Shown here one piece after another: positions 1 to 8,921 of a stretch of 64,000 nt of DNA (its first letter is position 1; every line of letters starts with the position of its first letter). Origin of the DNA: an uncultured Acidobacteriaceae bacterium. GTDB lineage: Bacteria > Acidobacteriota > Terriglobia > Terriglobales > Acidobacteriaceae. Position numbers and translations under genes: made by a program. The notes under the pieces were generated by a model. That model was not told the origin of the DNA. It was given only the letters and a program-made list of their open reading frames with translations, and searched no databases. The DNA is taken from NCBI GenBank assembly GCA_963820175.1, contig CAWFYX010000008.1:99318-163317 (forward strand), read 5' to 3'.

Positions 1-684
1 ATCGTCTTGACCACCAGCGGCTGGTCAGACCGCGTCTGGTTTGCCAATACGCAAGACGGGCTGGTGATGGATCAACTGAATCTCAACGGGCCTAACGCCG
101 CGCATTACACCACTGACGGCGGAGCCACCGCGGCGGACTGGACCGAAGACGTTCCCGATCCCAACGGGGGATGGTTTGGCGATCAATTCAGCATGTTGTC
201 TAACCTTCGCACCCGGGCCTCGGGCATCACTTACTGCGACAGCTCTGATGGGGGCATGAATTGGGCCTGCGGCCCCTCCATCGATCAGGTGTTCGACGGT
301 CCCACGTTTTTCGCCGACCAGAACAACGGCTGGGTAGGCGGCGGAGAAATCTCACCTAACGTTGAAGGTTGGGTACATCGCACCACCGACGGGGGACAAA
401 CCTGGAGCCCTCGCACCCTCGATATCGGTTGGCCGATCCGGGAGATCTATTTCCTCAACCCGACCACCGGATGGGCTGTGGGCGGCAATATCTACAGCAA
501 TGCCGGTGGCATGTACTTCAGCAAAGATGGCGGCCAGACCTGGACCCTTGACCTCGATAGTAACGGAGCTGAAATGAGCTCCTGTGCCAGCGCGCCCGGA
601 CCTACGAATGTGCAGATCTGGTGCGCGGGATACAACTCGAGCTTCAATGGCGTGGTCTACAGGCTGCAAAGTCTGTCCCACTGA
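1..684 (+). CDS. BNR/Asp-box (Ycf48-like) beta-propeller repeat protein, 5' end outside window
   Basis: Frame open from base 1 to TGA 682-684. Four Asp-box-like repeats (TTDGGATAADW, SSDGGMNW, TTDGGQTW, SKDGGQTW). Confidence 0.7.
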   Translation: MVLTTSGWSDRVWFANTQDGLVMDQLNLNGPNAAHYTTDGGATAADWTEDVPDPNGGWFGDQFSMLSNLRTRASGITYCDSSDGGMNWACGPSIDQVFDGPTFFADQNNGWVGGGEISPNVEGWVHRTTDGGQTWSPRTLDIGWPIREIYFLNPTTGWAVGGNIYSNAGGMYFSKDGGQTWTLDLDSNGAEMSSCASAPGPTNVQIWCAGYNSSFNGVVYRLQSLSH

Positions 685-725
685 TCGCGCCGCAAGTTGC
701 CGCGAACCACTTGAGACTGTCAGAA

Positions 726-754
726 GCCGGGGCGTTACGCTCCGGCTTTTCTTT
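726..754 (+). terminator. Rho-independent terminator candidate
   Basis: GCCGGGGC-GTTAC-GCTCCGGC stem-loop (one G-U pair) followed by TTTTCTTT, about 40 nt after the stop codon. Confidence 0.6.
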
Positions 755-940
755 GGCTTACAACCCGAAAGCCTCGTAACATCCGCCTTGTTCCCGGTGA
801 TAAGATCGAACGCTTCAGCGGCGCCCACCGATGTCGGAGCAATCAGCCAATGCGGTGGCGAAGGCCAGCACCATCAGTCCCAGTCTGGCGGAATTATTTG
901 GCGGCACTGGAATCTGCCGCGAGTGATCCATTCTTAAGCC

Positions 941-1570
941 ATGGCAACTTCTTACAATCAGATTGCCGGCCAAAGCGTGGAGCGTCTCGCTGCTCTCAGC
1001 GACGGCATCTTCGCGGTGGCGATGACTCTATTGGTGCTCGACCTGCGGGCTCCGGCTGCTACCGCTATTCACAGCGAGCGCGACCTGTGGCGTGCGCTCG
1101 TCACCCTCTCGCCGCGGTTGCTCATGTACATGATGAGCTTTATGACCTTGGGCATCTTCTGGGTCGGCCAGCAAACGCAACTCAATCACCTGGTCCGTTC
1201 GAATCGCAGCCTCTCCTGGCTTCACCTGGCGTTCCTGTTCGTGGTTTCGATCACGCCTTTTTCCACCGCACTACTAGCGGAATTCATCCGCTACCGGCCT
1301 GCCCTGCTAGTGTATTGGCTCAACATTTTGCTGCTGGGCGCAACCTTGTTCGTCAGTTGGACCTGCGCCATGGAAACTGGTCTGGTCAAGCCGGACTTGC
1401 CGCCTGAAATTCCTATCGCCATCAAACGTCGCATCGTTATAGGGCAGCTTTTCTACGCCTTCGGCGCGCTGCTGTGCATGCCGCTCAACACCTACTGGAG
1501 CATCGCCTTCATCGTGTCGGTCCAACTCTATTACGTCATCGCGCCGCGCATTCCCGGCAGCTCGCGTTAG
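941..1570 (+). CDS. TMEM175-family (DUF1211) potassium channel
   Basis: N-terminal RLAALSDGIFAVAMTLLVLDL motif typical of DUF1211/TMEM175. About six hydrophobic helices; 209 aa. Confidence 0.8.
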   Translation: MATSYNQIAGQSVERLAALSDGIFAVAMTLLVLDLRAPAATAIHSERDLWRALVTLSPRLLMYMMSFMTLGIFWVGQQTQLNHLVRSNRSLSWLHLAFLFVVSITPFSTALLAEFIRYRPALLVYWLNILLLGATLFVSWTCAMETGLVKPDLPPEIPIAIKRRIVIGQLFYAFGALLCMPLNTYWSIAFIVSVQLYYVIAPRIPGSSR

Positions 1571-1645
1571 GCAGAATAGTCGCTCGGTTTCCGCAGGCGG
1601 TTACCGCCTTTCCGCAGCGGCTGGCAATGCTATGATCAGCGCCGT

Positions 1646-2770
1646 ATGTCTGAGCCCACACCAGCGATCGAAATGGTTCAGGGCGATGTGCTGGAGTTTT
1701 CCGCCGATGTGCTCGCGTTGAAGTACGCGCAGCATTTTTACGGAGCCGACGAAGCCGTTTCGTCCCGCCTCATTGCGAGCGGGGCCGACCCGGCCGCACT
1801 GCAGCCCCAGCCCTGGGAATACGTTTTCTTCGACAGCAAGGGCCAAATCCCCAGCCGCCATGTGCTCTGGGTCGGCGTGCCCCGTCTGCTGCAGTTCGAT
1901 TACAACGAGATCGAGCGCTTCGCGTTTGAGGCAATCAAGACAACCCGGGTGGAATGCCCTCAGGCCCAACACATCGCTATGACCCTGCATGGGCCGGGCT
2001 ACGGACTTGACGAGGTGGAGGCCTTGCAGTCCGAGTTGCGAGGCATGTGGAAGGCGATTCTCGCCGGCTTGTGTCCCGCAACGCTGCGACGCGTATCCAT
2101 CCTGGAGCACAGCGCTGCCCGGATTGAGCGTCTGCAGAAGCCGCTGAACGACGCCGACGCTCACTACCGTCTCTTACCGGCAGACAGGCTACCGCAGGGG
2201 GCTCAGGTAGAGGCGGTTGCGCCTCCGGCACCGGCGAGAACCAGGGATGCAACCGCTTATGCTCCGCCTTCTCGTTCCCCTGCTCCCCAAGTTGCCCCAG
2301 CCCCTGGTGCACCGCTGCCGGTTCCACCCAGTCCCGTCTTCGACCTTCCCCACAAGCCGCCGAGCAAGCCACGAATTTTTGTTGCCATGCCGTTTGCCAC
2401 CGAAATGGAAGACGTCTATTACTACGGCATCCAGAATCCGGTCCGGCAACTGGGATTCATCTGCGAGAGGATCGACCAGGAAGCTTTTACCGGCGACGTA
2501 CTTCCGCAGATGAAAACCCGCATCGAAGCGGCGGAAATCGTGATCGCCGATCTCACCGGCTCGAATCCGAATGTGTACCTGGAAGTGGGTTACGCCTGGG
2601 GAAAAGCGCGGCCCACCGTGTTGCTGGTCAAGGAAGCGGATCAACTGAAGTTCGACGTTCGCGGGCAAAAGTGCCTTACTTACAAAAGCATCAAAGACCT
2701 GGAAACTCAATTGACCAAAGAGCTGCGAGAGCTGACTGGCGGGTCAGCCCCTGACACTGCAAAGTTGTAG
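1646..2770 (+). CDS. Two-domain protein: N-terminal macro-like domain, Pro-rich linker, C-terminal TIR-like/nucleoside 2-deoxyribosyltransferase-like domain
   Basis: N-terminus has VQGDVLEFSADVLALKYAQ...GADEAV and HIAMTLHGPGYGLD, paralleling macro-domain motifs. C-terminus has IFVAMPF...ADLTGSNPNVYLEVGYAWGKARPTVLL, typical of the deoxyribosyltransferase/TIR-like fold. Domain calls are by motif only. Confidence 0.6.
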   Translation: MSEPTPAIEMVQGDVLEFSADVLALKYAQHFYGADEAVSSRLIASGADPAALQPQPWEYVFFDSKGQIPSRHVLWVGVPRLLQFDYNEIERFAFEAIKTTRVECPQAQHIAMTLHGPGYGLDEVEALQSELRGMWKAILAGLCPATLRRVSILEHSAARIERLQKPLNDADAHYRLLPADRLPQGAQVEAVAPPAPARTRDATAYAPPSRSPAPQVAPAPGAPLPVPPSPVFDLPHKPPSKPRIFVAMPFATEMEDVYYYGIQNPVRQLGFICERIDQEAFTGDVLPQMKTRIEAAEIVIADLTGSNPNVYLEVGYAWGKARPTVLLVKEADQLKFDVRGQKCLTYKSIKDLETQLTKELRELTGGSAPDTAKL

Positions 2771-2864
2771 CTTGCCGACCCAGACAGCGCCTACAGAGCC
2801 GTCGGCCGCGCGCTATACAATACCAGCGCCGGGGGACAAACTCGACACGGGTCGCGATCGAATC

Positions 2865-3320
2865 ATGACCAAGACATGCTGGTTAGCCGGAATCCTGCTT
2901 CTGGCCGGATCTCTATTGCCGGCGCAGGCGCAAAACGCTTCTGACACGCAGGCCTGCCCGGGGAGCACGGTCGACAATCAGGGCGCCGATATCGCAAAGA
3001 TGTCGCGAGCTTTCCTAGCGGAGTTGCAGACTGCCGTCCACGAAGGCGACAAGACCAAAGTCGCCTCCATGATTTCCTATCCCCTGATGGTTATTCACGG
3101 CAGCCGCAGAACGCGCATCAAAACCAAGAGTGAATTTCTCGCGAGGTACGACACTATCTTTGATGCTCACGTCCAGAAGGCGATCGCGCAACAGTCCGCC
3201 CAGTGCCTGTTCGGCAATTATCAGGGAGCGATGATCGGCGACGGCGAGCTCTGGTTCGCCCAGCAACCGGACGGCGCGATGAAGATCATCACGGTGAATC
3301 CCACTGCCGGCAGTCAATAA
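2865..3320 (+). CDS. Secreted hypothetical protein
   Basis: ATG 2865 gives signal peptide MTKTCWLAGILLLAGSLLPAQAQ. The ORF-track start at 2772 is a TTG upstream. Confidence 0.65.
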   Translation: MTKTCWLAGILLLAGSLLPAQAQNASDTQACPGSTVDNQGADIAKMSRAFLAELQTAVHEGDKTKVASMISYPLMVIHGSRRTRIKTKSEFLARYDTIFDAHVQKAIAQQSAQCLFGNYQGAMIGDGELWFAQQPDGAMKIITVNPTAGSQ

Positions 3321-3338
3321 TTTTTATGTGAGGTGCTC

Positions 3339-4163
3339 ATGCAGCCGCAATCCGATGCCTCTGATTTTCAAGCGCTCAAAGCCCGCATGAAGGCAATGTG
3401 GACCTCTGGAGACTTCAGCCAGATCGCGCGGTTCATTGCCGCTGAGGGCGCCGAGTTTATTGCACGCTTGAACCCGCAGCCGGGCGACAAACTTCTCGAC
3501 GTAGCTTGCGGGACTGGCAACCTGGCCATCCCGGCCGCTCGCGCCGGCGCCATCGTCACCGGGGTCGACATTGCGCCGAACTCGCTGGCAGCCGCCAGGG
3601 AGCGGGCGAGGCAGGAAGGCTTGGCGGTGCAGTTCGACGAAGGCGATGCCGAGGATTTGCCTTATCCTGATGGGCAATTCGACGTAGTGGTCAGCATGTT
3701 TGGCGCGATGTTTGCGCCCCGTCCGGAAAAGACCGCAGCCGAACTGGCGCGGGTTTGCCGCTCCGGCGGCCTGATCGCCATGGCCAATTGGACGCCTCAG
3801 GGATTCATCGGGAAGAGCTTTCTGGTCTCCACCCGCTTCGCGCCGCCGCCGCCGGGCTTGCCCGGTCCCGTGCTTTGGGGAGAGGAATCGGTGGCGCGCG
3901 AACGCTTTGCCGGCGTCGACGGGGCATTCGAAGCGCAACGTCGCGAACTTATTTTCGACTACCCTTTCAGCCCGGCTGAGTTGGTGGAGTTCCATCGCAA
4001 GCATCTCGGCCCGGCGCAAGCGACCTACGCCCGGCTAGATGAAGACGGTCAACAGCAGTTTTCGGCGGAGATGGAGAAGCTCTACTCCACGCACAACGAA
4101 GGCGATGCTAACCGCACCGTGATTCGCGGCGAATACCTGGAAGTGTGGATGCGGAAGGCGTAA
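3339..4163 (+). CDS. Class I SAM-dependent methyltransferase
   Basis: Motif I LLDVACGTGNLAIPAARAG and a Methyltransf_11-like core (FDVVVSMFGAMF). ATG at 3339; GTG at 3333 is also possible. Confidence 0.85.
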   Translation: MQPQSDASDFQALKARMKAMWTSGDFSQIARFIAAEGAEFIARLNPQPGDKLLDVACGTGNLAIPAARAGAIVTGVDIAPNSLAAARERARQEGLAVQFDEGDAEDLPYPDGQFDVVVSMFGAMFAPRPEKTAAELARVCRSGGLIAMANWTPQGFIGKSFLVSTRFAPPPPGLPGPVLWGEESVARERFAGVDGAFEAQRRELIFDYPFSPAELVEFHRKHLGPAQATYARLDEDGQQQFSAEMEKLYSTHNEGDANRTVIRGEYLEVWMRKA

Positions 4164-4202
4164 AAGGCGCAACGGTAGACATTTTCCGTCAGATCCCAGC
4201 CT

Positions 4203-4664
4203 CTAGAAAGGGCTTGCCGGCCCGCGGCTAAACGCGGCCCTCACTCGTGCCTGCAGGAGGTAGAGCAGCAACGCGCCGGCGATTACGACGCCCGTCGCGC
4301 CCTTGACGAGGTGTCCCATGAGCGCGTTCACCAAATCACCCAGCATCTGGATCGCGATAATGATTACGGCCAGTCCCCAGCCCCAGAATCGGCGTTTGAA
4401 CCAGCCCGTCGCAGCGACCGCCAGGGCAGTGCTAAGCACCAGAAACAGCGGCCCGGCCACTCCCCGAACCGCGGCGAGTTGCTGATAAGCTGTGGGGTTC
4501 AATGCCCAGGTGCGGTCCAGAATTGTGCCCTGCCAAATCAGTGTCGTCCCCGCAAGAAGAGCCATGCCAGCGCCAAAGCACAGGAAAACGCCTACCACGA
4601 TCATCCCCGGTCGAGGCTCAGCTCGGACGGTTGCATGTAATCCGGAATAGGAACCACGCGTCAC
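4203..4664 (-). CDS. Hypothetical integral membrane protein
   Basis: 153-aa ORF with four hydrophobic helices; no recognisable family. Confidence 0.6.
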   Translation of the reverse strand: MTRGSYSGLHATVRAEPRPGMIVVGVFLCFGAGMALLAGTTLIWQGTILDRTWALNPTAYQQLAAVRGVAGPLFLVLSTALAVAATGWFKRRFWGWGLAVIIIAIQMLGDLVNALMGHLVKGATGVVIAGALLLYLLQARVRAAFSRGPASPF

Positions 4665-5257
4665 TGGTTGACTATAAACCTTAGTTCAGGCGGAGGTCCC
4701 CGCGGTTGATCGGCAGGCGCGGTCCGGTTGAGGCTTGGCCCCAGGGTAGAGCGGGCGAAGATTTCTCTTGCCCCTGCAACTTACCGAGGTCATCCTGCCT
4801 ATTAAAGGCTTCTGAATTTGAACCGCTGTCACCGCCCGTCGTGACCCTTGCACTTTCGCTTCTGCTCACTCGGTGCCAACCTGCCAGCAAGGAGATGAGC
4901 AAATGTGGCTCAAAACTCTTGCTGTCGTCGCCATCGTCCTCTTCTTCGCTTGACTCACCGCTGTGCTCCAGGGCTGGAGCAAGAGCAATATCCCAGGACG
5001 ACTGTTTAGCGCGGCCTTCCTGATCGGCATGGGCTTCGCCGCAGTCTGGGGAGTCAGACTGCTGTTTGGCCATCTCGTCCATTAATGCCGACGCTCGGCG
5101 TGTAATCCCCCTGCTCCCATGGTCGTCTGATCATGGTTCGTGGTGTATGCTGCACTTCTGAATCCAAGGCAAAGATTGGGACTAGTTCCTTGCGAGGTTT
5201 GGCGCGCGCGAAAACTAGAACGCTGTTTCTTGCCTGCAGTTAGCCGTTGCGCGACCC

Positions 5258-7612
5258 ATGCGAGCCAAAGCCCAGCCTCGGAAGTCTAAACCTACGCTGT
5301 TGATCATCGCGGGAGTCCTCGTGCTCGCGGCTGCGGGCTTAGTGGTTTGGCGCTGGTCTTCCGGGGCACGCGGGCAAGACACCAAGCCCGCTTCCGCAGC
5401 GACTTACGTGGGCGAGCAGCGCTGTGCCGAATGTCATGCCGAACAGGCCAAATTGTGGCGTGATTCGCATCACGCGCAAGCCATGCAAGTGTCGAATAAC
5501 GCTACCGTACTGGGCAATTTCGCCGACGCCCACTTTTCCAAAGATGGCGTCACATCCAGTTTCTTCAAGAAGGATGCCAAGTTCTACGTTCGCACCGACG
5601 GAGCCGACGGCAAGCCGCAGGACTTCGATTTGCCCTACACCTTCGGTGTCTTTCCCTTGCAGCAGTATCTGGTGCCGTTTCCCGCGGGACGCCTGCAGAG
5701 TTTCGTGGTCGCCTGGAATTCGTTGCCTAAAGATCGTAGCGGCCAGCAGTGGTTCGATCTTTATCCCGGGCAGAAGATCGCGCCCTCCGATCCCCTGCAC
5801 TGGACCGGTCCCAACCAGACGTGGAATTACATGTGCGCCGATTGCCACTCCACCAACCTGCGCAAGAATTACGATCTGGCCAAAGATAGCTACGCTACCA
5901 CCTGGTCAGAGATCGATGTCGCCTGCGAAGCCTGTCACGGCCCTGGCTCGAATCACGTGGCCTGGGCGCAATCGCGGAAAGGCTCCCACAATGTGGGATC
6001 CGGTAACGACGGCCTCACTGTCAATCTCCGGCCAGCCAGCGGAGGCTGGGCGGGTTCGGAGCCGGACACGGGAAGCATGCACTGGACGGGCGCGCCCCGC
6101 TCGCACCATGAAATCGATGCCTGCGCTCCCTGCCATTCGCGCCGCCATACCATCACCAGTGACTATCAGCCGGGCCAGCCTTTTCTCGACGCCTATGTGC
6201 CCAGCTTGCTGGAAGAAGGCGTTTACTATCCCGACGGACAGCTCCTGGAAGAAGATTACGAGTGGGGCTCATTCCTACAGAGTAGGATGTACCACGAAGG
6301 GGTAACCTGCTCCGACTGTCACGATCCGCACAGCGCCAAGCTGGCGTCCGACAACCTGAATGCCGTGTGCGGCAAGTGCCACTCTCTCGCCAAGTTCGGC
6401 ACCGAGCAGCATCACCATCACCCGGTCGGTAGCGCCGGCGCACTCTGCGTCAACTGCCACATGCCGACCCACACCTACATGGTCATCGATGTGCGCCGCG
6501 ATCACAGCCTGCGCGTGCCGCGGCCTGATTTCTCGCTGGCTTACGGCACGCCGAACGCCTGCAACCAGTGCCATAAAGACAAATCGATTCCCTGGGCTGT
6601 GGACGCGGTCGCAAAGTGGTACGGCGCCAATCGCCGGCAGGAGGTACATTTCGTCGAGGCCATCGATGCTGGCCGGCGCGGATTGCCCAGCGCGGAGAAA
6701 GATCTGACCGCGCTCATCACCGACACCGCGAAGCCCGGCATCGCGCGCGCCACCGCTCTCAACCTGCTTCCCGAATATCTGACACCGTCAGGGCTGCCGG
6801 CGGTACAAGCGGCGCTCAGTGATCAGGACGCGCTGGTGCGCCGCGAGGCGGTTCGAGGTCTCGATCCGCTGCCGCCGGGCGGGCGTGTTCGCCTGGCCGC
6901 GCCGTTACTCAACGATCCGATTCGCTCGGTGCGCATCGAAGCCGCGCGCCTGCTGGCTGGCACCCAGCCTAATCTGCTGCAGGAAAATCAGAAGACAGCG
7001 CTCGATCATGCGATCGCGGAGCTGATCGCCTCCGAGAACGCAAACGCCGATCGGCCGGAGAGCCACGTGAACCTCGCGCTGCTTTACACCCAGATGGGCC
7101 GAATCAGCGACGCCGAGAGCGAGTTGCATACCGCGCTGCGCCTCGATCCGCGTGACGTTCCCGCGATGGTCAACCTCGCCGATCTCTATCGCTCGCAGAA
7201 CCGCGATGACGAGGGCGAGCCTTGGTTGCAGAAGGCAATCGCGATCTCGCCCGAGGCCGCCGAGCCGCTGCATGCTTTGGGTTTGCTGAAGGTCAGGCAA
7301 AAGCAGTACCAGCAGGCGCTGAGCTTGCTGGCCAAGGCTGCGGCGTTGCAGCCCTCGCACGTCCAGTACAGCTACGTCTACGCGGTGGCGCTGAATTCCA
7401 CCGGCCAGCCCGACCAGGCGATCGCGATCTTGCAGCACGCTCATCAACGCCGCCCCGCCGATCGTCAGGTGCTGATGGGACTGATCGCCTTGGAGCGCGA
7501 CAAAGGCAACTTGCCCGCCGCCATCACCTACGCACAGCAATTGGTGCAACTGGCTCCCGACGATCCCGAGGCGAAGGCCACGCTGGCGCAGTTGCTCGGT
7601 CAGCGACCCTAA
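5258..7612 (+). CDS. Membrane-anchored multihaem (8 x CXXCH) cytochrome c fused to HEAT-like and TPR repeats
   Basis: N-terminal TM anchor. Eight CXXCH motifs (CAECH, CADCH, CEACH, CAPCH, CSDCH, CGKCH, CVNCH, CNQCH). C-terminal TPR-like repeats. Confidence 0.85.
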   Translation: MRAKAQPRKSKPTLLIIAGVLVLAAAGLVVWRWSSGARGQDTKPASAATYVGEQRCAECHAEQAKLWRDSHHAQAMQVSNNATVLGNFADAHFSKDGVTSSFFKKDAKFYVRTDGADGKPQDFDLPYTFGVFPLQQYLVPFPAGRLQSFVVAWNSLPKDRSGQQWFDLYPGQKIAPSDPLHWTGPNQTWNYMCADCHSTNLRKNYDLAKDSYATTWSEIDVACEACHGPGSNHVAWAQSRKGSHNVGSGNDGLTVNLRPASGGWAGSEPDTGSMHWTGAPRSHHEIDACAPCHSRRHTITSDYQPGQPFLDAYVPSLLEEGVYYPDGQLLEEDYEWGSFLQSRMYHEGVTCSDCHDPHSAKLASDNLNAVCGKCHSLAKFGTEQHHHHPVGSAGALCVNCHMPTHTYMVIDVRRDHSLRVPRPDFSLAYGTPNACNQCHKDKSIPWAVDAVAKWYGANRRQEVHFVEAIDAGRRGLPSAEKDLTALITDTAKPGIARATALNLLPEYLTPSGLPAVQAALSDQDALVRREAVRGLDPLPPGGRVRLAAPLLNDPIRSVRIEAARLLAGTQPNLLQENQKTALDHAIAELIASENANADRPESHVNLALLYTQMGRISDAESELHTALRLDPRDVPAMVNLADLYRSQNRDDEGEPWLQKAIAISPEAAEPLHALGLLKVRQKQYQQALSLLAKAAALQPSHVQYSYVYAVALNSTGQPDQAIAILQHAHQRRPADRQVLMGLIALERDKGNLPAAITYAQQLVQLAPDDPEAKATLAQLLGQRP

Positions 7613-7790
7613 GTACGGCGAGGCAAGCCGACAAGACTCTCCTGTCGCAGCGCGGACAGCTGGGCCACGGCAGCAGCCGCAGTCAACTTCACCACTTGCT
7701 TGCTGGTCCGTGAGCCCGATCGTGATGTCTTGCAGCAGCGAACGATCGCCGCGGCGCGCGATGGCATCCTCGTCCTGCTAGCATAGCTTT

Positions 7791-8918
7791 GTGGCTCCGC
7801 TGCTCGATGTCCGCGATCTGCATATCGAATTCGCCACGGCGCAGGGGAGTGTTACCGCCGTTCGCGAGGTCAGCTTCCAGATTGGCGCGTCCGAAGTGCT
7901 CGGCCTGGTGGGCGAGTCGGGCTCCGGAAAATCCTTGAGTGCCCTGGCGCTGTTGCGATTGCTGCCATCGCAAGCGCGGATTCAGGGCAGCATCCGGTTC
8001 GGCGGCGAAGAGTTGCTGGCGCTGCCCGAGCCGGAGATGCGCCGTATTCGCGGCGCTGGCATCAGCATGATCTTTCAGGAGCCCATGACCGCGCTGAATC
8101 CGGTGATGCGTGTGGGGGACCAGATTGCCGAGGCCGTGCTGGCCCATGCCGGGGCTAAAGCCCCAACCCATAAAGAGGTTGCAACGGCGCAGCTGAAGCT
8201 GCGCCCCTTCAAGAACGAGCTAAGTGCCTTCAAAGATGAGCCGGGTGCCTCGGCGGAGCCGTCGCTGCATCCTTGGCGAGATGGCAATGGTTCGCCGAAG
8301 GCCAAGGTCACCAAGCAGGAAGCCTGGCAACTCGCTGTCGAGGCGCTGCGCACGGTTTCCATCGCCGACGCCGAACGCCGGGCCCGCGACTATCCTCACC
8401 AGCTTTCCGGAGGCCAGCGGCAGCGAGTGATGATTGCCATGGCTGTGGTCAATCGGCCGTCGCTACTCATCGCCGACGAGCCCACCACCGCGCTCGATGT
8501 CACCATTCAGGCGCAGGTGCTGGATCTGCTGGCCGAGTTGCGCGAAAAATTCTCCCTGGCCATGCTGTTCATCTCGCACGATCTGGCGGTCGTCTCGCAA
8601 GTCTCGCGCCGTATCGGGGTGATGTATGCCGGCAACCTGGTCGAAATGGGCTCGGCCAGCGACGTCTTTCATCGTCCGGCGCACCCGTACACGCGCGGCC
8701 TGTTACACTCGGTGCCAACGCTGCACAGCGATCGTGACCGGCCGTTGCAGACCATCGAAGGGGCGGTGCCTTCGATCGCTGCGCCGCCGCCGGGCTGTGC
8801 TTTCGAACCGCGTTGCGCCTCGCGTATTGCCAGCTGTGCGACCGCGCTGCCGCCCCTGGTGGAAGTGGCGCCCGGACATTTTGCGCGCTGTCCCGTGGTC
8901 GCACCGGAGGTTTGCTGA
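7791..8918 (+). CDS. ABC transporter ATP-binding protein, DppD/OppD-like, with ~53-codon insertion
   Basis: Walker A GESGSGKS, signature LSGGQRQRV, Walker [13 protein letters not shown], and a C-terminal oligopeptide-type extension (HPYTRGLL). No permease gene is adjacent. Confidence 0.9.
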   Translation: MAPLLDVRDLHIEFATAQGSVTAVREVSFQIGASEVLGLVGESGSGKSLSALALLRLLPSQARIQGSIRFGGEELLALPEPEMRRIRGAGISMIFQEPMTALNPVMRVGDQIAEAVLAHAGAKAPTHKEVATAQLKLRPFKNELSAFKDEPGASAEPSLHPWRDGNGSPKAKVTKQEAWQLAVEALRTVSIADAERRARDYPHQLSGGQRQRVMIAMAVVNRPSLLIADEPTTALDVTIQAQVLDLLAELREKFSLAMLFISHDLAVVSQVSRRIGVMYAGNLVEMGSASDVFHRPAHPYTRGLLHSVPTLHSDRDRPLQTIEGAVPSIAAPPPGCAFEPRCASRIASCATALPPLVEVAPGHFARCPVVAPEVC

Positions 8919-8921
8919 TTC

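Noticed and set aside
755-940. 185-nt leader upstream of the TMEM175 K+ channel gene, considered as a possible riboswitch (for example c-di-AMP/ydaO-type)
   Set aside because: I could not recognise the conserved motifs or a convincing pseudo-symmetric fold by eye. A covariance-model scan would be needed.
4681-5082. 133-aa acidic ORF on the minus strand
   Set aside because: It has no motif, no clear RBS and a low-complexity acidic composition. The opposite strand has an RBS-preceded two-helix membrane ORF that explains the open frames at least as well. It is left unannotated.
7689-8171. 160-aa minus-strand ORF spanning the cytochrome/ABC intergenic region
   Set aside because: It overlaps the 5' part of the ABC ATPase gene in antisense and has a Gly/Arg/His/Gln-rich composition with no motif.
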